Assembly: GCA_030141605.1 (NCBI GenBank)
Contig: JAQGDQ010000947.1
Location: 14,080 to 78,079, forward strand
From: Tubiluchus corallicola
Taxonomy: Eukaryota; Animalia; Priapulida
Length of the DNA stretch: 64,000 nt
Direction: 5' to 3'
The notes beneath the pieces are model-generated. The model was not told the origin of the DNA, ran no database searches, and saw nothing but the letters and a program-made list of their open reading frames with translations. Shown piece after piece: positions 1 through 11,809 of the stretch. Position numbers and translations under genes: made by a program. Position 1 is the first letter of the stretch, and each line of letters begins with the position of its first letter.

Positions 1-1478
1 AATGACTCATTAGTCGAAGAATCGCTGACCACAATCGCAAAGCATTGAATGCAACAACATCTCTCGACCCACAAAACGCCTATGGTCTATTTTTAGTAAC
101 AGTATCCTTGCGTGGACGTTGTGGATCTAAAATAAATAATTCTCAATGGCTCATGCGCAACACTCGCTGCAGAGGCGAGGCATAGCTAAGGAAATAATCA
201 ATAATATTTGCATCATCAGCAGACTTTGTCATACGGTGTCATTTCCAAGAATTCTTGTTATCCCCTGTGATGTTCATAGTTTACTTTACATTGTCAATAA
301 ACGATTTTTATCATGGCCGCACGTGTTCAACAACGTTTGTCACTTAGAATGCTTGGTCAGAGCCGATTTTGAATCGAAAATTAGGGGTGCGCGTTATACT
401 CCAATGAATACGGTACATTTTGAAAAGAAAAGATGACTTTTGCTATTTTTATGCAACATGTTTTGCCTTTCCAGTTGCTTTTGCGGTACTGTTTTTAATT
501 TGCACTGTTTGAAATCTAATTTATTTCTGTTATGTTGTGAATTAAGTCTGTCATAGCTTCGAAAAGTGGTATACAAGACCATACGTGTTTCATTGCATTC
601 AAACAATAAGGTTTTACATTTTATTATTTTACATTTTCAGTAACGATTCTTGGTCACAAATAGGGATTTTTTTTTTATTATGAGATACTAAATACTATAG
701 ACAGAAAAAGTACAAGTGTTCCAATTCCGCTAAATAGTATAGAGTTTAGACACCCGCATATTTTTGTACCTTTCAGTTTTCCAAGTAGAAACTAAAGCTG
801 TCTATGGGAAACTAGTCTTTAACTAATATGCTCACTTGTTGCACATTTCATTTGCAATTCTTAATTTAAAGTACTACAATAAGAATTTAATGTGTGCTGC
901 CACCTACATTTAAAATTATTTATTATTGAAGTGAGTCAAGTTTAATTCAGGTTGTGGCCTTGGTCAGTGCTGCTCGGTCACCTGTACCTGTTGCGCTTAC
1001 CATATATGGTAGCGTTGATTGTTAGTGTGTTTTACTAGCTAATCAGGTAAGCTCAGTGGGTGCATGTGACTTGGGTAGCTCTGCCAAGGCCAGACCTTCC
1101 CTTTTTCCCCTTCTTGAGCATTACTGTTGAATGTTCACCATGTGTTTTCTCTCCTGTAAATAATGGTGTAATATGTAAATAGAAATAAAGTCTTCCACAG
1201 TTCAACACAATTTTATGGTTTCGTTTCGACCACCAGAGCCAGTCTACACTAACTTCAGTCTAATACACTTCAAGCTCTCTACAAATTCATTCCTTTTATG
1301 CATACTGCTACAAAGTTTCTACAAGGTCCCTGGTTCAGTCCCGGGTTTTGCACTATGTTATGCCTGAATTCAACTATCCAAATCTTGAATAATTTTTCAG
1401 GTTGTGAATAATGTTGAAGAATAGCAATAATTGTTTCCAACATAAAAATGTCAGCATAAAAATTGTGTCACTTTTTAG

Positions 1479-1688
1479 GTGACTCAACTACGTGGCGAGA
1501 AACAAGAAGCGACAATCGTCGCCGCCTCACCTGACAAACGCCACATTGCAGTCGGTTACAGCGATGGATCCATTGCAGTATTTAATGCCTTGACTGGTGA
1601 GAAGAGTCTGGCATTCAGTGGACATAGATCTTCTGTGTCAGCTCTCATTTACGATCACAATGGAATGAGACTCGTTTCAGGATCAAAG
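1479..1688 (+). CDS. WDR3: WDR3 coding exon 2, inverted duplicate copy (functional status unknown)
   Basis: ttttag|GTG..AAG|gt; VTQLRGEKQEATIVAASPDKRHIAVGYSDGSI...GHRSSVSALIYDHNGMRLVSGSK, WD40 repeats. Confidence 0.75.
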
Positions 1689-2898
1689 GTACCTGAAGAA
1701 GGCATTGTGTGTTTTGTATATGTAGTAAGGCTTAAAAAAGCAGCCTAGTTTCATGTTGGTGCTGTGATGTATCTTTCTGCCTGTAATATATTATTAGTTA
1801 TGCATTGTAGTTAGTTAAAGTACAAGAAAACCCTCCAATTACATAAAGCTTAAAAAATTCGTCTTGAAATTTAAAATCATTTATGTGCGGCCTTTTTGCA
1901 TATAGGGCTTGCATCGGTAACGCTGTACAAAACTTGTAAATTTAAACTCCCGCGATGACCGTTAGACGCAGCCATTTTGACGAATTCGAAACAAGTTTAG
2001 ATAACACTGAGTAAAGTTTGAAAAAATAATCAGAGCATTCATAGGACACATTTCACTAACTAAGTAAAATTTTAAATTACTGTATCTTGTTAATAAGATT
2101 AAAAACAGTTTTTTGGGTAGCGAGTGGTGCACCCTGGATGGTGAGTCAGCTACATTTTACCAATTGGTGAAAACATTTTAAATAAATAATAATTTTCTTT
2201 TCTGGTTACATAATCTTTCAAGCAGGAGCAGGTAAGTGAAATGCTAACTAATATAACTTTACATGGAAAGTTTTTTGAGACATGGTTTAACATTTCCTTT
2301 TCTTCCCCTGATTTACTATATGGCGTCATACAATGGCACTGTCAAGAGTTAATAAATAAATTGAATTGAATTAAATCTACTGATTAATTTCTTTCTGCTT
2401 GCTTGAAAACCACCTATATACCTTACTTACCTGGGCAGCAGTTTATCTTCGGTTAATGTTTAAGCCTAGGCAGCCAAAACAATAAACACTGCAGAGTCAA
2501 AGCCAAGCCCTGGGCAACCTTGAGAATTTCATCTAGATACTTAGTCTGGTTGCTATAGCAACAGGTTGCATCCAGAAAGTTTGCTCACTGATCTCACTTG
2601 ATATAAACTTTTAGCACTTAGTAGTCAGTCAGGAAACAAAATGTATATAATAATTACACTGTTTACGTTAGTGTACCTACTGTTTTAATGCATCAAATTA
2701 GATAAAAATGTTGTTGATAAAATAAAAATTGGCCGTGAGCTAAGTAAATAAATCGTCATTAAATTGAAACGTGCGTCGTTGAAACGAAACGTCGCTAAAT
2801 TGGGAGTGGTAAAGTGCAGACTTTCTGTATCACAGTACCTGAAGTACAAAGATTATTATTGTTTGAAAGCGAGTTGATGTTTGTATAATACTTTTCAG

Positions 2899-3017
2899 GA
2901 CACAGAAGTAATGTTGTGGGATATCGTCAACGAATCTGGTTTATTTCGACTGCGCGGCCACAAGGGACAGATTACTGGATGCTGTTTCTTTACACAGCAT
3001 AACGTTCTTATAACTAG
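2899..3017 (+). CDS. WDR3: WDR3 coding exon 3, inverted duplicate copy
   Basis: ttcag|GAC..AG|gtaac; [40 protein letters not shown]. Confidence 0.75.
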
Positions 3018-3129
3018 GTAACATTTACAACTTATATTATGTAAGTGAGTGAGATAAAGTAGAAAAAATTATTTCCTCGTGATAATAACAGCTCAGGTAT
3101 TTTCAGTGTATACATTTATATGCAATATA

Positions 3130-3644
3130 CGATCGTATCTCGCTTTGGGGGACTTCGCTTTTTCCGATATCGGAAGAATCAGACAAAATCTGGATTGTTA
3201 AAAAGTCCCGCTCACTACGGACACATTCCGTTGTTTCGAGAGCTGACCGCTAGTTATTGGCACGTCACTTTGTTTACATTATTACATCAGTGTAACCACG
3301 TGCATATCTATGTGTAAAAATATAGAATCAATTGTGTGGAGTTATTTGAGTCAATTGCAGACAGTTTTTATATACTTTTGCATAGGAGTGGCCAGTACTT
3401 AGGCATTTTTGAGACAATTAGGTATCATGTATCCTTGATAGTTGGGTATTTTAAATCCCCTCATTTGCTAACAGTTTTTATATAGTTTTGCATGGGAGTG
3501 GGCCGTACTTAATGTTTTTGTGACAGTTAGGTGATTGATTCTACATCACCATGAGTCTAATACGCTGCGCTTACTATATTAGCTTAGTATTGGCAAATTC
3601 GGACCGACGTCTCCCTGCTTTTGTCCGGCAAACCCTGATGTGTG
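3130..3644. mobile_element. Non-autonomous TIR element, family B (TA-flanked); mirror copy at ~8575-9088
   Basis: Imperfect TIRs cgatcgtatctcgctttg.../...ccggcaaaccctgatgtgtg, TA flanks. Homologous to 5612-6146 and ~27975-28195. Confidence 0.7.
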
Positions 3645-3891
3645 TATATATACAGTTCTAAAATTAAGTACTTGTGGAGCTTCAAGTTATTTGGCTGTGT
3701 GACTGTGGAAAAGTATGTGATTGGATGATTCTTAGAACCATTGCAGCTGATGTAAGTCAAATATAATCGAAGGGGCACCTGTTACTTACTCTAATTTTTT
3801 TTGTAAACAATTTTCAACAGAATCATCTATGAAGCAGCTAGGCCATTGTTTGTCTGTAGAAAGGTTTTTTATTGTTGCTTGACTGTTTCAG

Positions 3892-3970
3892 CTCAAAGGA
3901 TGGTCTTATCAAATTTTGGGATCTTACAACCCAGCACTGTTTTAAAACACTTACGGGTCACAGGAACGAG
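3892..3970 (+). CDS. WDR3: WDR3 coding exon 4, inverted duplicate copy
   Basis: ttcag|C..GAG|gtaat; SKDGLIKFWDLTTQHCFKTLTGHRNE. Confidence 0.75.
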
Positions 3971-4489
3971 GTAATTTGTGATTTTTTGTCGATAGTTATA
4001 TTATCCTTATTGATTTTTTAGCTGTTGTATATCTTGCAACACATTTGTTGCAAAATGCTTTTCGTCTGGGCGGTCGTGAGTTCAATGCAGAACAATCAAC
4101 TAAACATACATTTCATCAACGATCTACAAGTGATTTTGCATGGGAACGTACCATACAGTACAGTATTTTGGAATGCACCTGGCTTCAGATGCTGGTTGGC
4201 TGCTTAGCGTTACTTGTTGCAAAGCAACCCCAATCCTATGGCTGTTAAACTTTTCCACAATGTTTCGCATGGCCATAACAGTGAAATAAACAGGCCTGGG
4301 TGACTGCGTTTAGTGCTGAGCTTGGGTGGCAGACTACCGCCTTCCGTCCCTTGCATGAAAAAACATAGACGGCCTTGTGCTGTCTTCCACAGTGAAAGGG
4401 TTAAAGTCTGTACCCTTGATTTATTTGTTTCTGTATATTAACATACAACGTATTAGATGTTCATTTTGATTTTTTTTACCGCTTGTTAG

Positions 4490-4693
4490 GTTTGGAATCT
4501 GGTTTTAGTAAAAGATGAAACTCGTTTAATTACCGGCGCCGGAGACAACGAACTGAGAGTTTGGAATTTACATTTTGCTACAGCGGAATCACAAGAGAGT
4601 GAAGAAGTCGAACCAGAACAGAAGAAGTCTAGAATCACAAGCGACAAAGGCGAAAGTGGCGACGACGACGACGGTGATGAAGAGGATGATGAT
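4490..4693 (+). CDS. WDR3: WDR3 coding exon 5, inverted duplicate copy (last exon in this copy)
   Basis: ttag|GTT..GAT|gtacgt; VWNLVLVKDETRLITGAGDNELRVWNL followed by an acidic tract. Confidence 0.75.
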
Positions 4694-5374
4694 GTACGTT
4701 TTTCAGTTTGTGTTAATTCTTAATCTTTACTAAGTCCTTCATTGCTGAGTATACGTTAAAGTTTATTTTAAAGTTTATTTTTTCGAGTATTTGCCGTAAA
4801 TGGATCTAAGGTGGCGCCATAGGCTAGCCACTATAGTTTTTGAGTGTTTGCTTTTATAATTAATTGTTTAAGTACTGTCTGATGATGGACAGAATTACCA
4901 AAAAATTCTGTGCTGATAATTATTTGCAGCATGTTTTAGTCACCTTGAAGAGGAATTACACTCATACAGTAGGCGCCTCCTTAATAGAATCGACTTATTC
5001 GCTTAATTGATTCAAAAATGCGAAACAAAAAACTGAAAAACAAAGCGTGAAAAAATAAGCACTGAAAAAAATTAAAACAACACAGCTGACCCGTGAGAAA
5101 TAAACAAACTTTGATTTCAACTGATTGTAAGTATTCTACGATTCAGTTTTAAAGCATTCACAAAGCCTTAAAAAAAATTTTGGAAAAAAATTTTCCTTCC
5201 TCCCTACTGACATCTTTAGAGGTTTGACAGAAACTTTTTTTAGTGGCCCGCTTTAGAAAGGCGTGTCACCTATATTTCTTCAATGAAACGCCTATCCTCT
5301 GAAATATCCATGCAAAAAGCAAACACCAGCCAACTTTGTAATTTTTCTAAACGTGGTCAAATGTTAATACATAC

Positions 5375-5476
5375 ATGACAACCTAGAACTGTACCACTCG
5401 AATCAACAGCCAGTGTCAGCGCTCTGTCTTTTCCACGCCGTACTATTACTCCAGCAAATTTACATTTTAATCGACT
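5375..5476 (-). CDS. WDR3: WDR3 coding exon 6 (in the spacer of the inverted repeat; last WDR3 exon found)
   Basis: cttacag|AGT..CAT|gtatgt; SRLKCKFAGVIVRRGKDRALTLAVDSSGTVLGCH resembles the vertebrate WDR3 segment ...GSIMREGRDRVVNLAVDKTGRILACH; phase 0 fits exon 5. Confidence 0.88.
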
Positions 5477-6146
5477 CTGTAAGAAACGTAATAGCATTAT
5501 TTTAACTTCACACTGAATTAGTTAACAAAATTGTTTACAAATGCGTCTGATTGTTACGAAACTAATTAACTTGATATTCCACATGCTGTAGAACATCAAA
5601 TGATAACAGTACACTCATCTCTCGGTTTGCCGGACAAAAGCAGGGAGATGTCGGCCCAAATTTGCCGATTGTCCATATTTACCAATACTAAGATAGATAG
5701 AGTAGGCGCGATAAGATAGATAGTATTAGACTCACGGTAATGTAGAATCAATCACCTAATTGGCTCAAAATCGTCTAGTATGGGTCGCTGCTATGCAAAA
5801 GTATGTAAAAACTGTCGGCAATTGACTCAAATAACTCCGCATAATTGACTCTATATTTTTTCTGCACATGCTTAAATAAGATACTTTTGTGTGACCAATG
5901 AGCTTTTACTCTATGTCGTCTTACTTCGCTTTTGTGCGTTATAATATACGTTATCACGTTAAAGTGCAGTCGCTACACGCTGCTTGGTTACACTGACGTA
6001 ATGATGTAAACAAAGTGACAGCACGCCAATTAGCGGTCAGCTCGCGAAACAACAGACGGTGCCCGTAGTAGCGTGACTTCTTAACGGTCCAGATTTTGTA
6101 CGATTTTTCCGATATGCGTAAAAGTGAGGTCTGGTAAACCGAGATA

Positions 6147-7254
6147 CAGCAGGCGCTGCTTAATAGAATCACTTTGGGACTGACGTGTTTTGACCCAATT
6201 AACCAACTGAACCTATTAACCGATGGGTGTAGTATTACTGGTGTAGAAGTATGAGGCATCAGCTTAGTATGAGCTGCAAAGGTTTTAATGAATTTTAGAA
6301 ACGAAGTAATGCCTAAATTCCTCTGTGCAGTTAAATTTTTTTTTTAAATATTTTAAAATATTAATTTATATAAGTGAATTAGCTATAAATTAAAAAGTAT
6401 ACTTTTCTGAATCACACTAGTCCGTTTATTTGCACAAGATACTGTACCTGTGTCTTTGACTGTTAACAGATTAAGCCTGAAAGTGTGATTTGCAACGAGA
6501 GCATCAAAAGGAAACCGCAAGTGATTAAATGTTTAGCTTCCAGAAATTCTTGGGTAACGTAGTGAATGAGAAGGTAACAGATTCAAAGCAAAACCGCTAC
6601 GCAAGCCTATTAGCGCATGATAAACGTACCTGCTTACAAACAAAATGGCGCCTAACATGAATGTTTCCACTGTACATACATTATAGAGCACAAAAGCGAA
6701 GTAAAGATGAATAAAAGTAGTAAATGCTCTCTGGGCACATACAATGTATTGAGTCAATTATGTGGAGTTATTTGAGTCAATTACTGACAGTTTTTATATA
6801 TGACATAAAAGTAGGAAAGGCTCTCTGGGCACATAAAATGTATTGAGTCAATTATGTGGAGTTATTTGAGTCAATTACCAACAGTTTTTATATATGACAT
6901 AAAAGTAGGAAAGGCTCTCTGGGCACATACAATGTATTGAGTCAATTATGTGGAGTTATTTGAGTCAATTACTGACAGTTTTTATATATGACATAAAAGT
7001 AGGAAAGGCTCTCTGGGCACATAAAATGTATTGAGTCAATTATGTGGAGTTATTTGAGTCAATTACCAACAGTTTTTATATATGACATAAAAGTAGGAAA
7101 GGCTCTCTGGGCACATAAAATGTATTGAGTCAATTATGTGGAGTTATTTTAGTCAATTACTGACAATTTTTATGTATGTGTAGAAGCAGCCAGTACCAGG
7201 CATTTTTGAATCAATTAAGCGAATAAGTCGATTCTATTAAGGAGGCGCCTACTG
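6147..7254. mobile_element. Tigger/pogo-derived MITE, family A
   Basis: TIRs cagcaggcgctgcttaatagaatc / gattctattaaggaggcgcctactg, TA TSD. Homologous to 51220-51980, 41720-42423 and 18650-18795. Confidence 0.85.
6727..7175 (+). repeat. 94-bp tandem repeat (~4.7 copies) inside the MITE
   Basis: ctctctgggcac recurs at 6727, 6821, 6915, 7009 and 7103. Confidence 0.92.
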
Positions 7255-7527
7255 TATGAGTGTAATTCCTCTTCAAGGTGACTAAAACATGCTGCAAATA
7301 ATTATCAGCACAGAATTTTTTGGTAATTCTGTCCATCATCAGATAGTACTGAAACAATTAATCATAAAAGCAAACACTCAAAAACTATAGTGGCTAGCCT
7401 ATGGCGCCACCTTAGATACATTTACGGCAAATACTCGAAAAAATAGACTTTAAAATAAACTTTAACGTACACTCACCAATGAAGGACTTAGTAGAGATTA
7501 AGAATTAACACAAACTGAAAAACGTAC

Positions 7528-7728
7528 ATCATCCTCTTCATCACCATCGTCGTCGTCGCCGCTCTCGCCTTTGTCGCTTGTGATTCTAGACTTCTTCTGT
7601 TCTGGTTCGACTTCTTCACTCTCTTGTGATTCCGCTGTAGCAAAATGTAAATTCCAAACTCTCAGTTCGTTGTCCCCGGCGCCGGTAATTAAACCAGTTT
7701 CATCTTTTACCAACACCAGATTCCAAAC
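7528..7728 (-). CDS. WDR3: WDR3 coding exon 5
   Basis: 201 nt, VWNLVLVKDETGLITGAGDNELRVWNL...DEEDD. Confidence 0.92.
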
Positions 7729-8247
7729 CTAACCAGCGGTAAAAAAAATCAAAATGAACATCTAATACGTTGTATGTTAATATACAGAAACAAATAAATC
7801 AAGGGTACAGACTTTAACCCTTTCACTGTGGAAGACAGCACAAGGCCGTCTATGTTTTTTCATGCAAGGGACGGAAGGCGGTAGTCTGCCACCCAAGCTC
7901 AGCACTAAACGCAGTCACCCAGGCCTGTTTATTTCACTGTTATGGCCATGCGAAACATTGTGGAAAAGTTTAACAGCCATAGGATTGGGGTTGCTTTGCA
8001 ACAAGTAACGCTAAGCAGCCAACCAGCATCTGAAGCCAGGTGCATTCCAAAATACTGTACTGTATGGTACGTTCCCATGCAAAATCACTTGTAGATCGTT
8101 GATGAAATGTATGTTTAGTTGATTGTTCTGCATTGAACTCACGACCGCCCAGACGAAAAGCATTTTGCAACAAATGTGTTGCAAGATATACAACAGCTAA
8201 AAAATCAATAAGGATAATATAACTATCGACAAAAAATCACAAATTAC

Positions 8248-8326
8248 CTCGTTCCTGTGACCCGTAAGTGTTTTAAAACAGTGCTGGGTTGTAAGATCCC
8301 AAAATTTGATAAGACCATCTTTTGAG
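8248..8326 (-). CDS. WDR3: WDR3 coding exon 4
   Basis: 79 nt, SKDGLIKFWDLTTQHCFKTLTGHRNE. Confidence 0.93.
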
Positions 8327-9199
8327 CTGAAACAGTCAAGCAACAATAAAAAACCTTTCTACAGGCAAACAATGGCCTAGCTGCTTCATAGATGATTCTG
8401 TTGAAAATTGTTTACAAAAAAAATTAGAGTAAGTAACAGGTGCCCCTTCGATTATATTTGACTTACATCAGCTGCAATGGTTCTAAGAATCATCCAATCA
8501 CATACTTTTCCACAGTCACACAGCCAAATAACTTGAAGCTCCTCAAGTACTTAATTTTAGAACTGTATATATACACACATATCAGGGTTTGCCGGACAAA
8601 AGCAGGGAGACGTCGGTCCGAATTTGCCAATACTAAGCTAATATAGTAAGCGCAGCGTATTAGACTCGTGGTAATGTAGAATCAATCACCTAACTGTCTC
8701 AAAAACATTAAGTACGGCCCGCTCCTATGCAAAAGTATATGAAAACTGTTAGCAAATGAGGGGATTTAAAATACCCAACTATCAAGGATACATGATACCT
8801 AATTGTCTCAAAAATTAAGTACTGGCCACTCCTATGCAAAAGTATATAAAAACTGTCTGCAATTGACTACAAATAACTCTGCATAATTGACTCTATATTT
8901 TTACACATAGATATACACGTGGTTACACTGATGTCACAATGTAAACAAAGTGACGTCCCAACAACTAGCTGTCAGTCTCGAAACAACGGACCATGTCCGT
9001 AGTGAGCGGGACTTTTTAACGGTGTAGATTTTGTCTGATTCTTCCGATATCGGAAAAAGCGAAGTCCCGCAAAGCGAGATACGATCGTATATTGCATATA
9101 AATGTATACACTGAAAATACCTGAGCTGTTATTATCACGAGGAAATAATTTTTTCTACTTTATCTCACTCACTTACATAATATAAGTTGTAAATGTTAC

Positions 9200-9318
9200 C
9201 TAGTTATAAGAACGTTATGCTGTGTAAAGAAACAGCATCCAGTAATCTGTCCCTTGTGGCCGCGCAGTCGAAATAAACCAGATTCGTTGACGATATCCCA
9301 CAACATTACTTCTGTGTC
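9200..9318 (-). CDS. WDR3: WDR3 coding exon 3
   Basis: 119 nt, [22 protein letters not shown]..., AG/GT bounded, frame continuous. Confidence 0.93.
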
Positions 9319-10534
9319 CTGAAAAGTATTATACAAACATCAACTCGCTTTCAAACAATAATAATCTTTGTACTTCAGGTACTGTGATACAGAAAGTCTG
9401 CACTTTACCACTCCCAATTTAGCGACGTTTCGTTTCAACGACGCACGTTTCAATTTAATGACGATTTATTTACTTAGCTCACGGCCAATTTTTATTTTAT
9501 CAACAACATTTTTATCTAATTTGATGCATTAAAACAGTAGGTACACTAACGTAAACAGTGTAATTATTATATACATTTTGTTTCCTGACTGACTACTAAG
9601 TGCTAAAAGTTTATATCAAGTGAGATCAGTGAGCAAACTTTCTGGATGCAACCTGTTGCTATAGCAACCAGACTAAGTATCTAGATGAAATTCTCAAGGT
9701 TGCTCAGGGCTTGGTTTTGACTCTGGAGTGTTTATTGTTTTGGCTGCCTAGGCTTAAACATTAACCGAAGATAAACTGCTGCCCAGGTAAGTAAGGTATA
9801 TAGGTGGTTTTCAAGCAAGCAGAAAGAAATTAATCAGTAGATTTAATTCAATTCAATTTATTTATTAACTCTTGACAGTGCCATTGTATGACGCCATATA
9901 GTAAATCAGGGGAAGAAAAGGAAATGTTAAACCATGTCTCAAAAAACTTTCCATGTAAAGTTATATTAGTTAGCATTTCACTTACCTGCTCCTGCTTGAA
10001 AGATTATGTAACCAGAAAAGAAAATTATTATTTATTTAAAATGTTTTCACCAATTGGTAAAATGTAGCTGACTCACCATCCAGGGTGCACCACTCGCTAC
10101 CCAAAAAACTGTTTTTAATCTTATTAACAAGATACAGTAATTTAAAATTTTACTTAGTTAGTGAAATGTGTCCTATGAATGCTCTGATTATTTTTTCAAA
10201 CTTTACTCAGTGTTATCTAAACTTGTTTCAAATGACCTGTCGTCAAAATGGCTGCGTCTAACGGTCATCGCGGGAGTTTAAATTTACAAGTTTTGTACAG
10301 CGTTACCGATGCAAGCCCTATATGCAAAAAGGCCGCACATAAATGATTTTAAATTTCAAGACGAATTTTTTAAGCTTTATGTAATTGGAGGGTTTTCTTG
10401 TACTTTAACTAACTACAATGCATAACTAATAATATATTACAGGCAGAAAGATACATCACAGCACCAACATGAAACTAGGCTGCTTTTTTAAGCCTTACTA
10501 CATATACAAAACACACAATGCCTTCTTCAGGTAC

Positions 10535-10744
10535 CTTTGATCCTGAAACGAGTCTCATTCCATTGTGATCGTAAATGAGAGCTGACACAGAAGATCTATG
10601 TCCACTGAATGCCAGACTCTTCTCACCAGTCAAGGCATTAAATACTGCAATGGATCCATCGCTGTAACCGACTGCAATGTGGCGTTTGTCAGGTGAGGCG
10701 GCGACGATTGTCGCTTCTTGTTTCTCGCCACGTAGTTGAGTCAC
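10535..10744 (-). CDS. WDR3: WDR3 coding exon 2
   Basis: 210 nt, phase 0-0, AG/GT bounded, WD40 repeat ending ...RLVSGSK. Confidence 0.93.
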
Positions 10745-11809
10745 CTAAAAAGTGACACAATTTTTATGCTGACATTTTTATGTTGGAAACAATTATTGCT
10801 ATTCTTCAACATTATTCACAACCTGAAAAATTATTCAAGATTTGGATAGTTGAATTCAGGCATAACATAGTGCAAAACCCGGGACTGAACCAGGGACCTT
10901 GTAGAAACTTTGTAGCAGTATGCATAAAAGGAATGAATTTGTAGAGAGCTTGAAGTGTATTAGACTGAAGTTAGTGTAGACTGGCTCTGGTGGTCGAAAC
11001 GAAACCATAAAATTGTGTTGAACTGTGGAAGACTTTATTTCTATTTACATATTACACCATTATTTACAGGAGAGAAAACACATGGTGAACATTCAACAGT
11101 AATGCTCAAGAAGGGGAAAAAGGGAAGGTCTGGCCTTGGCAGAGCTACCCAAGTCACATGCACCCACTGAGCTTACCTGATTAGCTAGTAAAACACACTA
11201 ACAATCAACGCTACCATATATGGTAAGCGCAACAGGTACAGGTGACCGAGCAGCACTGACCAAGGCCACAACCTGAATTAAACTTGACTCACTTCAATAA
11301 TAAATAATTTTAAATGTAGGTGGCAGCACACATTAAATTCTTATTGTAGTACTTTAAATTAAGAATTGCAAATGAAATGTGCAACAAGTGAGCATATTAG
11401 TTAAAGACTAGTTTCCCATAGACAGCTTTAGTTTCTACTTGGAAAACTGAAAGGTACAAAAATATGCGGGTGTCTAAACTCTATACTATTTAGCGGAATT
11501 GGAACACTTGTACTTTTTCTGTCTATAGTATTTAGTATCTCATAATAAAAAAAAAATCCCTATTTGTGACCAAGAATCGTTACTGAAAATGTAAAATAAT
11601 AAAATGTAAAACCTTATTGTTTGAATGCAATGAAACACGTATGGTCTTGTATACCACTTTTCGAAGCTATGACAGACTTAATTCACAACATAACAGAAAT
11701 AAATTAGATTTCAAACAGTGCAAATTAAAAACAGTACCGCAAAAGCAACTGGAAAGGCAAAACATGTTGCATAAAAATAGCAAAAGTCATCTTTTCTTTT
11801 CAAAATGTA

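Larger units (their letters stand above)
1..5021 (+). repeat. Left arm of a large inverted repeat (reverse complement of ~7200-12222); truncated by the window start
   Basis: Mirror ORFs 146..436/11787..12077, 1479..1748/10475..10744 and 4045..4248/7970..8173. Coordinate sums are ~12217-12223. Match ends at ...ttcaaaaatgc (5021) vs gcatttttgaa (7200). Confidence 0.97.
5612..7262. mobile_element. Family B TIR element with a family A element nested in its right TIR
   Basis: Left TIR cactcatctctcggtttgccggac. Right TIR gtctggtaaaccgagaTA[insert]TAtgagtg is split by the insert with a TA duplication. Confidence 0.8.

Noticed and set aside
146-606. ORFs duplicated exactly on both strands (146..436, 394..606, 4025..4248 and their mirrors)
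   Set aside because: The duplication only reflects the inverted repeat; they fall in WDR3 introns or MITEs and have no recognisable domains.
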